Positions 20,834 through 31,369 of a DNA stretch of 64,000 nt are shown here, one piece after another. The position numbers and the translations under genes were made by a program. This DNA is from Patescibacteria group bacterium. Its GTDB lineage: Bacteria; Patescibacteriota; Patescibacteriia; GWA2-46-9. Location of the stretch: positions 84,863-148,862 of the forward strand of contig JBAYUF010000001.1 of assembly GCA_041675205.1 (NCBI GenBank), given 5' to 3'. Numbering within the stretch: position 1 is the first letter of the stretch; the number at the start of each line of letters is the position of its first letter. A model generated the notes under the pieces. That model worked only from the letters and a program-made list of their open reading frames with translations, was not told where the DNA came from and did not search any database.

Positions 20834-21688
20834 ATGAACGCTAGTACAAAGGCTGCGAAGAACGAACAGCATGGTACGACCGAATTGCTTCGTCAGTATG
20901 GCGTCATGCCGAAGAAAAAATTTGGTCAAAATTTTTTGGTTGACGACGAGGTGTATGACAGCATCATGACGGCTGCTGCCGTTCAATCCTCAGACACAAT
21001 TTTAGAAATTGGCCCCGGTGTTGGATCGCTCACCGAACGACTCGTCGCAAAAGCGAATCGTGTTGTAGCAGTCGAGATTGATAGAGAGCTTGTTACCGTT
21101 TTGCGTGAACGGTTTGCGGCGGTCAGTAAACTCGAAGTGTGTGAAGGAGATATTTTGGCAAAGCCTCTGAAGGCGTTTAATGTGGCCGCACCATATCGCG
21201 TCGTAGCTAATATTCCGTACAACATCACCGCCGCGCTCATTCGTAAGTTTTTATCAGATGATGTGCAGCCACTATCTATGACGCTTCTTGTGCAGCGAGA
21301 GGTTGCCGAACGTATTGTGGCGGCGCCGGGAAAAATGAGCTTGCTCGGCCTCTCCGCCCAACTGTACGCCACCCCAGTTTTTGTTCGGTCAGTGCCACGG
21401 GAAAGTTTCTATCCACCGCCAAGTGTCATGAGCGCCGTTGTTCATTTTTCATTGGTACATTCGTATCCTTTCAGCGACGTTCCAGAAGCATTTTTTTGGC
21501 GGGTCGCAAAAATGGGTTTTGCCGGTAGAAGAAAGCAGCTACAAACAAATATTCGTGCTGGTTTTCAGCTCTCTCGAGAAGCGTGCGATGCTATTTTTAA
21601 AAAAAGTAACATTGCCGAGCGTGCCCGTGCCCAAGAGTTGACCGTTCTACAGTGGCACACGTTGTCACTGGCGCTACAAAAGTTGTAG
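20834..21688 (+). CDS. rsmA: 16S rRNA (adenine1518/1519-N6)-dimethyltransferase
   Basis: KKFGQNFL motif and the SAM-binding site LEIGPGVGSLT. Confidence 0.9.
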   Translation: MNASTKAAKNEQHGTTELLRQYGVMPKKKFGQNFLVDDEVYDSIMTAAAVQSSDTILEIGPGVGSLTERLVAKANRVVAVEIDRELVTVLRERFAAVSKLEVCEGDILAKPLKAFNVAAPYRVVANIPYNITAALIRKFLSDDVQPLSMTLLVQREVAERIVAAPGKMSLLGLSAQLYATPVFVRSVPRESFYPPPSVMSAVVHFSLVHSYPFSDVPEAFFWRVAKMGFAGRRKQLQTNIRAGFQLSREACDAIFKKSNIAERARAQELTVLQWHTLSLALQKL

Positions 21689-21765
21689 TTTTTCAAAGAA
21701 TAATGGTGCTTTATTTCCGAGTGGAAGCATAAAGGACGAAGAGTACTTTTTGACAGCGTTTTCCT

Positions 21766-21795
21766 TTGACGGGGAGGGTCATTCTCTGCTATAAT
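21766..21795 (+). promoter_or_regulatory. sigma70-type promoter for the giant-protein/T4SS-like operon
   Basis: TTGACG, 18-bp spacer, TATAAT. It lies ~60 nt upstream of the first gene, and a GGAAAG SD precedes the ATG at 21855. Confidence 0.55.
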
Positions 21796-21854
21796 GAGTG
21801 GGTGATTTCCACAATTCTTAAAATAAAAAGCTAGCGAACCATCAAGGAAAGTCG

Positions 21855-22562
21855 ATGATGGATTTTTTTCAAAAACTTGGCGTTCGATTTGATCAGCACA
21901 GCCAATCAATCCTGTTGGCGTTTCTGTTTTTTGTTGGTGGCGTTGGTCTCATTCTTGGTGGAATGAATTTGCGAAGCTCTTTACGAAATCCATTTATTGA
22001 AAAGGGTGTTGGCGCTCTTCAAACAGCCGAGGGAACAACAGCGCTGGTTGACACTGATGGTGATGGCTTAACCGACGAAGAGGAATTGGCGCAGTATGGC
22101 ACGAGTCCGTATTTGGCGGATTCTGACTCAGATGGCGCAAACGATGCCGATGAACTTGCTGCGAGCAGTGACCCCAATTGTCCAACTGGAAAAAATTGTC
22201 AGGCCGTGGCTGAACTTGATGTGCCGAGTAGCGCCGGTGATACCTTCTCGTCGCTCCTACAGGTTTCTGCAAATGGCACAACAGAACCAAGTGCGGCGCA
22301 GATTCGAGCGGCGTTGCTCACTTCCGGTGTGGCTGAATCAGAATTGGCAAAACTAACTGATGAAGAAATAGTTGCTGGGTATCGTAGCGCTGTGCAGGCT
22401 CAAACTTCAACGACAGCGAGTGATGGCGTTCAGAATCTTTCGACAGAAGAAATTCGAAAGGTACTTAAAGAGCAAGGAGTGACTGACGAGCAGCTCTCCA
22501 AAATTTCTGACACCGAACTGCTGAAACTTTACGAAGAGACGCTGCGTCAGACGCAGCCGTAG
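21855..22562 (+). CDS. membrane-anchored hypothetical protein with a DTDGDGLTDEEE calcium-binding-type motif and two tandem ~30-aa repeats (…EEIxxxLxxxGVxExxLxKxxDxE…)
   Basis: N-terminal TM segment. 235 aa. 9-nt gap to the giant gene. Confidence 0.6.
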   Translation: MMDFFQKLGVRFDQHSQSILLAFLFFVGGVGLILGGMNLRSSLRNPFIEKGVGALQTAEGTTALVDTDGDGLTDEEELAQYGTSPYLADSDSDGANDADELAASSDPNCPTGKNCQAVAELDVPSSAGDTFSSLLQVSANGTTEPSAAQIRAALLTSGVAESELAKLTDEEIVAGYRSAVQAQTSTTASDGVQNLSTEEIRKVLKEQGVTDEQLSKISDTELLKLYEETLRQTQP

Positions 22563-22570
22563 TTTTTTAT

Positions 22571-25500
22571 ATGCAGTTAGGATTACATAATCGGCAAAAG
22601 CGTCATCGGTTCGTGGGTGCACTACTCGCGCTTGTGTTTTTATTTACTGGCACGTTTGGAGCGCCGCAACGGGCGAATGCGCAAGCCATCAAGGCCTTTA
22701 CGACATCGGTTAGTGACATTTGGACTTCACTCCAAACTATTGGAGACAAAGCGGTGGCGGCGTACGAGAAAGCAGCAGATATAAAAACAGAAGCACTGAA
22801 AGAGTCGGCCGCGGTGAGCTTTCGTCAGGGCGTTAGTTATTTTTTAAATAAGATTGCCAGTGACACAGCCGTGTGGATTGCCAGCGGTGGGAAAGGGCAA
22901 AAGCCACTCTTTATTACGCAGGGGTGGGGTTCCTATTTGACCGATGCCGCAGAAGGGGCGGCCGGTGCTTTTGTTGATGGACTCATCACCGGCCCAGTGG
23001 CAAGTTGCCAATGTCGTGATCAATACGGCTCAATCGAACCAAATACGGCGACCGAGGAGGTGCAGTGTTTGACTACAACTACCATAAACGGAATTCCTGT
23101 TGAGTGTCAGTGGACCCCTGGTACGAAATCAGATTCAACAAATACGTTGGGACTTATTGCCCAAGGGTTATGTGCACCAGATGCTGATATTCAACTTTCC
23201 ATTAATTTAGGGTTAGCGAATTCCGGTCGACAGCGTGCCCCGAAGTGCACCTTTAGTCGCATTAAGCATAACTGGGAGCAATTAATTCGAGAGAAAAACT
23301 TTCTACCAACGCTTTCTCAGAGTTTTAACCCCAGTCAAAGCGACCTCGGCATTGCGTTGACACTGCAGTCAAATCTGTTGCTTGAAAAAAGAGAAGCCAA
23401 AGAGCGGGCAGAAAAAGAGCGACTTGAAGCTGGTGGGTATAAGCCAGTAACGGGCGGCGTAGGGGATGTTTTGAAGTTACCTGGTCAGACGGTGCGAGGT
23501 ATTTTTGACGGTGTTTTTAAAACGACAACTGAGCAGAATCAATCGCCGACCGGCACCATTATTGGTGATGCTGTTGATATTTTTGTGAATACATTGGCCA
23601 CTAACTTCTTGAAAAATCTTATCAGCGGTGGATTTAGTGGTAATACTTCTTCGAGCGGTGGGAATAAACCTAATTTGAGTAATTTTGAAGCCGAATCCGC
23701 CACTGAAGGGGTTCTTGGCGCGCAAGCTCGACTGGCGCAAGAGCTTCGTCCACGGTTTACTGTTCCTGGTCGGTATGACGTGTTGTCACAGCTCGTGAGT
23801 TGTCAGAATACAAAAAATCCAGGGCCGAATGATTGCGTCATTACTGATAGCTTTCGGAACGCCGTGTCGCAGCGCCTTACCGTTCGTGAAGCTGTTGATC
23901 GCGGACTCATTAACGCAGACGCACCGTTTGGATTTGTTGCGTGGGATCCACAATCAGTTGAGCCAAGTTACAATGAAGGGATACCGTATCGTTCAATTCT
24001 TATTCTACGAAAATATAGGATTGTACCAGTCGGGTGGGAGTTAGCCGCCCGCTACATTGAACGTTTTCAAGATGATTCCCCAAAACGAGTTACGCTTGGT
24101 GAGTTACTGAACCTTTACGATCAACCAGAGCTGCCGGGTGGAGCATTGAACCCATACTATCATTTAGTCGATCCGTCATGGGTGCTCGTGCCACCGGATT
24201 CGTTTTGCAAGTTGCAAGGTTCTGGTCCACAAATTCTAAGCCAGGATGTTTTGCCCGGTGTGGACTCTGACAATGATGGCAAGTTCACTTCAGTTGGTGA
24301 TACCGCCCCCAAAGTCGCGATTTCTCGAAATGCAAATTACTGTGCCGATGAACAGACCTGCATCGCTCGAGATAATGATGGGAACTGTAAGTTCTACGGG
24401 TATTGTACCGAAGAAAAACAAGTTTGGGATTTTGGTGGGAAGAGCTGTTCACCTCAGTTTTCAAGTTGTACCACATTAAAAAATGAACTCAGCGGTACTA
24501 CCGTCTCCTATCTCCTCAATACGGTTGATTTTTCTCCATGTGACGCTAGTTCCGTTGGTTGTGCCATGTATAGTGCAACACCATTGTCTGATACAGTCTG
24601 GAGCACGAGTGATGTCATATTCCTGAATAACCAAGCAGAAACGTGCAGTAAAGATGACGCGGGGTGCCGAAAGTTTATTCGTACCGGCGCGCAATTTCTA
24701 AATGGGTTAAGCACAAATTTAGTTCGTAATCCTGGATTTGAAGTGGTTGCAGAGGACAACAGCTTTACCGGATGGACCGCAAATGGCGGCGCCGTGGAGT
24801 CGGTCACCGAAGCGCAATTTAGTGGGAGCCGGTCACTCAAGGCAACAACACTTAGCGTGCTATCGCAGTCAGTTCTCACTGGGCCACTAGCCAATCAAAC
24901 CGTTACGCTTTCATTTGAAGCTCGTGGAGCCATTGCTGGTCAAGTTCTTGGTTATACCCTTGCGGCAGGTGATGCCATACAGACAGCCGCTACCCTTACC
25001 ACCGAGTGGCAGCACTATGAGGTGCGGAAAACCTATGGTGCCACAGCTGCTTCATCACTTACGCTGGAGCTGTCAGTCCTTACTGGTGTCGCAATTGACA
25101 ATGTAAAGATTCAGCTTGGTGCCGCGTCGGCGTATTCAGCATATGGCGAAGGGGCAAGTAATAGTTCGGTGTATTTAAAACGAGCACCGGCGTACCTCTC
25201 TGCGAAGACTGACATCGACTTTCTTGCAAGTAACGAACAGAGTTGTCGGCCCTCGGCGGTGGCTAGTGATGCCGTAGATGAGAATAGTGAACGGGCGGAA
25301 TGTCAGCCGTATGCCCGCTACTGCACACCGCAGGAAGCTGGTTGTCTGCGCTATACGCCCACCAATCGCACAACACCGGTAACGGCCGTGAGTGGTTCTT
25401 CGTGCCCGGGCGAGTGTGTTGGCTTTGACACCTACACCCAAGGGAAAACTTTCTTTGAGTCGGTAAAATTTGTTGACCTTATTCCTACCTCGGGAGAGCG

Positions 25501-28500
25501 TTGTTCAGCCGCCGCGGTTGGTTGTGATGAATTCACAAACTTAGACACAACAACGCAAGGCGGCGAATCGCGCGAGTTCTACCAACAGGTTCGATTCTGT
25601 GAATTACCAGGTAGAGCAGATGCCGGGACATTCTACACATGGGAAGGGTCAGACGACACCGGCTTCCAGTTGCGAGTCTTTACTTTAAAGAAAACGGATG
25701 TTGGAGTAGAAAATTATTTTGTAAACGATGTCGGTGACACCGGTGTTGACAGCGCCGCGCCGTGTACGAAAATTGATTGGTCCGACGATGGTCAGTCTGC
25801 GACCTGTGCTGATACAACGCAAACCGCTGACCCGGCGTGGCGAACCTGCAACGAGAACACCTATCAAGGGAATCCCGATTGTCGACAGTTTTATAATGAA
25901 GCTGGTTTAGTGTCGTACCGTTTGCTATCCCACACCATTAGCGTGACGGACCAATGTCGGCCATTACGGAAAACGACGTCCAACACCATAGATTGTGAGG
26001 CATCAAATGGTTGGTGGAACAGTGCGTTGCAGGCCTGCTTGTATCAAGCCGTGCCAGGTGAAGGTCGGCAGTGTAATGCGGCGGTTGCTGGCTGCCGTGA
26101 GTATCGAGGCGGCACAGCCGCTCGATATCGAACTATTTTAAATGACACCTTTGAGCGTGGCACTGGAAACTGGGAGGGTGGACGATTAAGCCCGGTGGCC
26201 AGTACAGTCGGCGGACATTCGTATGAAATACTTGATCGCACTACCCGTAAACCAGTAACGGTTTCTGATGGTAGCAGTACGGCAGTTGACGGCTCGGTTA
26301 CAAACGGGGCAACGTACGTCGTGAGTTTTTCAGCACGGGCACAAAATGGCGATACTGATTCAGCTTTCGTACTTTCTTTTGAAAGAAAGAGCGGGGAGGT
26401 CGACCTATTAATTACAGATTCTTTAACGAATGAGTGGCAAACATATCAGAGTGACCCAGTAACTATCTCTGTAGACCCTACTGACCCCCTGGTTGGTTTA
26501 CTTATAACGCATGCTGGTGCAGGTCGCGCTTATGTCGATAACGTTACATTACGCACCACGAGTGATACGCATTACCTCATTAAAAATTCTTGGCAAACAC
26601 CATCCGCTTGCTTTGCTCCGGACACTGGGGAACCCTATTTGGGTTGCCAATCATATAGAGTGAGTGACGGTTCGGAACGTTCTGTGTGGGAGTTTGGCGG
26701 AGCCTGTCATGATAAGGTCGTTGGCTGTGAAGCCGTCATCGACACGCAAAACACAACGATTGGTGAAGTAGCCCCCTTTGCTAAGACATTTGCTGAGGAC
26801 AGTGAAACAATCATTACCGTACCTGAAGACTCGCTCGACTATATCGTTAATGACCCAGCCAAAACATGTAAAGTAAGCGCCCAAGGGTGTGAGCTTTTGG
26901 GGAAAGCAAACCTTTCTACTGCGTCAGCATCTCCAACCCTTCCGTTGGCCTTAGCGGTTTTGCGATGCCACACACAAAGAAATTCTTGTGTTTCAGATTT
27001 GCGCATTAGATTAGTTGCCGCCGGGTATGATAAAGATTTGCTAACAACACCAGGTATTGATGAAAATTTAGTAGCGAAGTTTGACAGTAACGTTTTAGGC
27101 GCTAAGGATGCGTTACTCATCTTGCGCAATTCTGTTGGTCTTGGAGATCCAAACATTAGCACCTGGACGACAGGAGCTGTCTTAAATAATCCTGACACCT
27201 ACGACAGTATTCTTTGTCGAATTGATGAGCTTCAGTGTTCTGCCTTTACTGATAGCGGTGGCTCGACGTATTACTTTAAAGATCCAGGTAGCCAAATTTG
27301 TGAATACCGAACTGACAAACCAATCGCTGGTTGGTACGTTAAGGGAACCATAAGTCTGACCCCAGATTGTAACGCTAGTCAGAATGATCCTGACGTTAAC
27401 ATCCACATTGCCGGTGGCACTGCGCCTAGCCCGCAGTCTGGGTTTACTGGTGTGTGTCCGGCGCAGCAAAATAGTTGTCGCGAATTTATTGATCCTCGGT
27501 CTGATGGCAGCGCTAACATTCTCTATAACGGTGAGTTCATATTGAAAACTGATGACAAACCAGTTCGGTGGAAGGAAACGGTTCCTGGGGATATAGCTGA
27601 TGTAGAGGGTGGTGTTAAAATTATGGAGGGTGGTCTTGAGCAAGAGCGGGTGGCACTTCGAACGCGCACCCTGTACGTATTGTCAGCCGAGGTGAAAGCG
27701 GTAAATGCCGCCGCTACTAAAACAGCGGGCTATGTCGGTATAGATTGTGGCGTGGGTGAAGTGTTTACTGCTAGTGATATTCCCTATGCCTTTGCCGTGC
27801 CACGTTCTACGGAAACCTTCGAACGATTCAGTACACAGTTTTATGTTAGTGGTGACGACCAGGGTGATTGCACCGTTAGTGTTGGTTTGGCGGCAAGTTT
27901 GCTTCCTCGAGACAAAAGCGAATTTACCACAAATAGCGGTGTGATTGTTCGTGCCATTAGCTTACGCGAAGCAGGACTACACTATGAATTAGCCAATGGT
28001 GTATCGCAAAAAGATTGTGCTGGTACGGTAAACAATGCGAACTGCGTGCTGGTTGGTGTGCAGCAAGACTTCACCCAAAAAGGTATCACCGCCAATTTTG
28101 ATGCCGATACAAGCCCCACAAGTACGAAAGTGCCAAACAGCGATAGTCGGGGAGAGTATGTATGTATTACCGCCGAGAGCCGCTGTGTTGGAACTGATAG
28201 GGCGTGTACTAATGATAGCGACTGTCAGCTGCAAAAAGATGCAACGTTCATTGCTAGCGTGCAGCCAGGTCGCGAGTGTGGTGCATGGCTATCTTGCCGG
28301 ACGGCCAGAACAGTTGTCAAAGGTGGGGTTACTAATAACGTTTGTCTGGAGGTTGAAGGGTGCCAAGAGCTCGACGACAAGGGGAATTGTATTCGACGAG
28401 CCCCAGACGTTATTGATACTGACCTGACCTACACGGCAGCCACCGTCGACCTCTTGCGTAATCGGTCCGGGTATTCAAAGGTCGGCTTTGACTGGACAAC

Positions 28501-31036
28501 GGATCCGTTGAAGAAAAAAGTGATTCAGGGGTATTTAGCGCCAGGGATGATGAGCCAAATTGGTCAGTTAGCCGGGAATTTTAATGGTACCTTTGAGAGC
28601 GCTAGCATTGTTGGTGAACCGTTCGGGTGGGTTGGATGGGGGCAAGGCCAGAATATGCTGGTGATTGGTGACCCACTGGCTGCTCAGGATGCAGGCATTA
28701 GTTATCCTGCAGAAGGGAAGAATGTACTTGAGGTAAACGCCAATCATGCTGATCCAGACGCCAATCATGCTGATCCAGACGACGATTACGTGCTTAATGA
28801 TGCTTCAACAAATCTTTCTCGCTTTATTCCCGTTACACCAAACACCGAGTACGTGCTATCTGCTTTGGTGAACACAAGGCAATTCACTGGTGAAAGTAGC
28901 GAAGTTCGTGTCTTTGAATACAACGGCATTGCTGAAACTATTCCCAATGCCACGGGTGATAAGTTTTCTGCTCTACTTAACCTTGGTCGTGGGACTGAGT
29001 GGACTATTCGCACTGATAAATTTACAACAGCTAGCACTACGAGTTACGTGCGACTGCAACTTTCATGGGTGCCGCAGGCCGGTAAACCAGAGACTTCCGG
29101 GTTCTGGTATATTGATGATATTAAATTACAACCAGCACTTGAATATCAGAAAAATGAGTTTTATAACCCTAACGACCTGGCGGGTAGTAGGGTTGCTCCT
29201 GACTTTCCACCACTTGCCTATGAGCGAGGTTTAGAAACGCTTGATTATAAGTACGCTTCACAGTCATGCCGGCTTTACCCGCAGGCTGATGCCCTGTCGT
29301 GCTCCTACTTTGACGACAATGGATTAAAGCAGCGCGGTAAACTGGGTTATTGTTTGGAGTGGGACACGCAAAATAAGAATTACTGCATCCAGTGGTGGCC
29401 GGTGGACAATGTTATTGGTGAAGACAGTGAAGAAGATCGAGCCGGTTACGACGGCCCCGTTCCTTTGTACCAGTGCATTGAAACCTACGACGGCTTCTTA
29501 CCAGCCACCAGCAATAATTTTTACGGTGTCTATTACAATGGCAAACATTCCTCAATTAAAATAGAGGATCCGTGGGAAAGCTATCAGATAGAAGCAGATA
29601 GTACCGTTGTCATCGACCTCTTCAAGAGTGGCTTTGATGGTTTGCCAAATGTGTCATCCGGTGGCATTACTGATAAGCCTGGTACCTGCAACAGAGATGG
29701 CGGTGACATCACTGGGTGTGAAATCGCGATTCGTATATTGAAGGCTAGTGATGACGAGGATGAATGTGCCGAGGTGTATGTTGGTAACAAAATGGGACAG
29801 GTCGTTAATGGTGACGACAGTGAAGACGGGGATGTAAAAGTGAGAGCGGCAGAAGTGACAAGAGTTACAACCCGCAAGTCAGCCGCCTTTCTTGATTTAG
29901 CTGATCTTGGCCCTGAAAATAGTAAACGCAACTATCGGTATCTTAAAATTTCAACTATTGATACTGGTTGCGATCAATCAGAGATTCGGCTTTGGGTCCG
30001 TCCTAACTTTGCCTGCACGGCAGTGCTTCGAACAGTGGACGAGGATGGTACTAATAAGGCCTACGCCAGTCGGGTAACGTCTGGAGCTACCTACCCATTT
30101 AGTTTTCCAGGCGGTCTAACCTACGGGTATTCAACTGATAGCCCACCATTTGGTTCGGCGGTGCCGCCAGCCCCGGCGGGAGATCCCACGCAATGGGATA
30201 CCAATACTGAAGCTGGAAAACAGGCACTGTTCGCTATGCCGAAGCAGGTGAATACTAGCAACAAAGAGCTCGCCCGAGCTGGTGGCCCGTATAGCTGTCT
30301 TTCGATTGGTTCAGTGCAACCTTTCGTTGCCGAAGGTGAGCCATGGACCTGGGGAGGGACGGTTAGCATTAGGCAGCCAGCATGTGCTTCTTATCTTGGT
30401 GTACCTGGAGTAGTCGGGGGTCGTAATGAGGCGGTTAAACTGCTACAAAATTTATTTGTTAAGAGCTACGGGATGTGGGAGTGGAAGAATGAAGCATACA
30501 CTCCAGCAACTGGTGCTATTTTAACAGTACCGGATGAGCGGTGTAAGAATAATGTTCGACCCGAACCGGATGATCCTGATGCTGCCGATGCTTGCTTTGT
30601 GTATCCAGGTATTCCAAAGGCTGTGTTAGACACAACAACCGTTAAGGATGTCGGTGTTGTTGGTATTAGATTCACCGCCGTAGCTGACTCCGACCAGGAG
30701 CCTATTGTGCAGTACATAGTAGACTGGAGGGACGGCTCTAAGACTACGCAAACAGGCTTACGACTTTCCAGCCGTTCAGAAATTGCGCAGGCGATTTCGC
30801 TCACTCACAATTACTCTTTTGATCAAATCAGTCAGTGCAAAGAAAATGGTGATTGTGGGGATGTTGGCGGTACCGGTACCGATAGCAATCCGTTCACTGT
30901 CAAGCCACAGGTGCAAATTCTAGATAACTGGGGATTCTGTAGCGGTAGTACCCTTGGTTCGGGAGACAGCCTGAGCACGGGTGGCTGTACAGGCTCATGG
31001 AAAGAGACGGAAAACGAGGTAGAGATTACCAGATAG
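22571..31036 (+). CDS. giant secreted Cys-rich protein (2,821 aa) with several CBM4/9- or galactose-binding-like beta-sandwich segments
   Basis: Signal peptide with a …RANA|QA cleavage site. Uninterrupted 8.5-kb ORF. Recurring NPGFE…GW-type segments. High Cys content. Confidence 0.85.
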   Translation: MQLGLHNRQKRHRFVGALLALVFLFTGTFGAPQRANAQAIKAFTTSVSDIWTSLQTIGDKAVAAYEKAADIKTEALKESAAVSFRQGVSYFLNKIASDTAVWIASGGKGQKPLFITQGWGSYLTDAAEGAAGAFVDGLITGPVASCQCRDQYGSIEPNTATEEVQCLTTTTINGIPVECQWTPGTKSDSTNTLGLIAQGLCAPDADIQLSINLGLANSGRQRAPKCTFSRIKHNWEQLIREKNFLPTLSQSFNPSQSDLGIALTLQSNLLLEKREAKERAEKERLEAGGYKPVTGGVGDVLKLPGQTVRGIFDGVFKTTTEQNQSPTGTIIGDAVDIFVNTLATNFLKNLISGGFSGNTSSSGGNKPNLSNFEAESATEGVLGAQARLAQELRPRFTVPGRYDVLSQLVSCQNTKNPGPNDCVITDSFRNAVSQRLTVREAVDRGLINADAPFGFVAWDPQSVEPSYNEGIPYRSILILRKYRIVPVGWELAARYIERFQDDSPKRVTLGELLNLYDQPELPGGALNPYYHLVDPSWVLVPPDSFCKLQGSGPQILSQDVLPGVDSDNDGKFTSVGDTAPKVAISRNANYCADEQTCIARDNDGNCKFYGYCTEEKQVWDFGGKSCSPQFSSCTTLKNELSGTTVSYLLNTVDFSPCDASSVGCAMYSATPLSDTVWSTSDVIFLNNQAETCSKDDAGCRKFIRTGAQFLNGLSTNLVRNPGFEVVAEDNSFTGWTANGGAVESVTEAQFSGSRSLKATTLSVLSQSVLTGPLANQTVTLSFEARGAIAGQVLGYTLAAGDAIQTAATLTTEWQHYEVRKTYGATAASSLTLELSVLTGVAIDNVKIQLGAASAYSAYGEGASNSSVYLKRAPAYLSAKTDIDFLASNEQSCRPSAVASDAVDENSERAECQPYARYCTPQEAGCLRYTPTNRTTPVTAVSGSSCPGECVGFDTYTQGKTFFESVKFVDLIPTSGERCSAAAVGCDEFTNLDTTTQGGESREFYQQVRFCELPGRADAGTFYTWEGSDDTGFQLRVFTLKKTDVGVENYFVNDVGDTGVDSAAPCTKIDWSDDGQSATCADTTQTADPAWRTCNENTYQGNPDCRQFYNEAGLVSYRLLSHTISVTDQCRPLRKTTSNTIDCEASNGWWNSALQACLYQAVPGEGRQCNAAVAGCREYRGGTAARYRTILNDTFERGTGNWEGGRLSPVASTVGGHSYEILDRTTRKPVTVSDGSSTAVDGSVTNGATYVVSFSARAQNGDTDSAFVLSFERKSGEVDLLITDSLTNEWQTYQSDPVTISVDPTDPLVGLLITHAGAGRAYVDNVTLRTTSDTHYLIKNSWQTPSACFAPDTGEPYLGCQSYRVSDGSERSVWEFGGACHDKVVGCEAVIDTQNTTIGEVAPFAKTFAEDSETIITVPEDSLDYIVNDPAKTCKVSAQGCELLGKANLSTASASPTLPLALAVLRCHTQRNSCVSDLRIRLVAAGYDKDLLTTPGIDENLVAKFDSNVLGAKDALLILRNSVGLGDPNISTWTTGAVLNNPDTYDSILCRIDELQCSAFTDSGGSTYYFKDPGSQICEYRTDKPIAGWYVKGTISLTPDCNASQNDPDVNIHIAGGTAPSPQSGFTGVCPAQQNSCREFIDPRSDGSANILYNGEFILKTDDKPVRWKETVPGDIADVEGGVKIMEGGLEQERVALRTRTLYVLSAEVKAVNAAATKTAGYVGIDCGVGEVFTASDIPYAFAVPRSTETFERFSTQFYVSGDDQGDCTVSVGLAASLLPRDKSEFTTNSGVIVRAISLREAGLHYELANGVSQKDCAGTVNNANCVLVGVQQDFTQKGITANFDADTSPTSTKVPNSDSRGEYVCITAESRCVGTDRACTNDSDCQLQKDATFIASVQPGRECGAWLSCRTARTVVKGGVTNNVCLEVEGCQELDDKGNCIRRAPDVIDTDLTYTAATVDLLRNRSGYSKVGFDWTTDPLKKKVIQGYLAPGMMSQIGQLAGNFNGTFESASIVGEPFGWVGWGQGQNMLVIGDPLAAQDAGISYPAEGKNVLEVNANHADPDANHADPDDDYVLNDASTNLSRFIPVTPNTEYVLSALVNTRQFTGESSEVRVFEYNGIAETIPNATGDKFSALLNLGRGTEWTIRTDKFTTASTTSYVRLQLSWVPQAGKPETSGFWYIDDIKLQPALEYQKNEFYNPNDLAGSRVAPDFPPLAYERGLETLDYKYASQSCRLYPQADALSCSYFDDNGLKQRGKLGYCLEWDTQNKNYCIQWWPVDNVIGEDSEEDRAGYDGPVPLYQCIETYDGFLPATSNNFYGVYYNGKHSSIKIEDPWESYQIEADSTVVIDLFKSGFDGLPNVSSGGITDKPGTCNRDGGDITGCEIAIRILKASDDEDECAEVYVGNKMGQVVNGDDSEDGDVKVRAAEVTRVTTRKSAAFLDLADLGPENSKRNYRYLKISTIDTGCDQSEIRLWVRPNFACTAVLRTVDEDGTNKAYASRVTSGATYPFSFPGGLTYGYSTDSPPFGSAVPPAPAGDPTQWDTNTEAGKQALFAMPKQVNTSNKELARAGGPYSCLSIGSVQPFVAEGEPWTWGGTVSIRQPACASYLGVPGVVGGRNEAVKLLQNLFVKSYGMWEWKNEAYTPATGAILTVPDERCKNNVRPEPDDPDAADACFVYPGIPKAVLDTTTVKDVGVVGIRFTAVADSDQEPIVQYIVDWRDGSKTTQTGLRLSSRSEIAQAISLTHNYSFDQISQCKENGDCGDVGGTGTDSNPFTVKPQVQILDNWGFCSGSTLGSGDSLSTGGCTGSWKETENEVEITR
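28739..28780 (+). repeat. perfect 21-bp tandem duplication inside the giant gene (ANHADPD x2, in frame)
   Basis: gccaatcatgctgatccagac is repeated twice head-to-tail. Confidence 0.9.
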
Positions 31037-31039
31037 GGT

Positions 31040-31369
31040 ATGGCAAATACATTTAGCAGCGTTGACGAACAATTGCTTGCCCAAAATAGTGATGTGGGTG
31101 AACAAGAGCGCGCACAGCAACTGCGTGGGCTGCAGTCTATTGCCCGTCGGCAACTCGCCTCGCGGGCGGTGAAAAAGGGTGCTGGGGCAGCAGCCCGTTC
31201 GGGCGCCATGGGGGCCGCAAAAGCCGCTCGAACAATTTGGATTATTATGGCTGCTCTTGCCACCCCGGAAGTCTTGACGGTCGTTATCGTTTTGATGCTT
31301 CTTGTACTCTTCATGAATTACGCCTTATCGATACCAGTTGTCGGCGACATACTGAAGTGGTTTCTATGA
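31040..31369 (+). CDS. small membrane protein (109 aa, C-terminal TM hairpin)
   Basis: 4-nt gap after the giant gene. Its stop overlaps the next start (ATGA). Confidence 0.55.
   Translation: MANTFSSVDEQLLAQNSDVGEQERAQQLRGLQSIARRQLASRAVKKGAGAAARSGAMGAAKAARTIWIIMAALATPEVLTVVIVLMLLVLFMNYALSIPVVGDILKWFL

Noticed and set aside
31237-31365. Upstream extension of the VirB6-like ORF (track start at 31237)
   Set aside because: It overlaps the preceding small TM gene by 130 nt in another frame. The ATG at 31366 forms an ATGA overlap with that gene's stop and begins the first TM helix region, so it is the far more plausible start.
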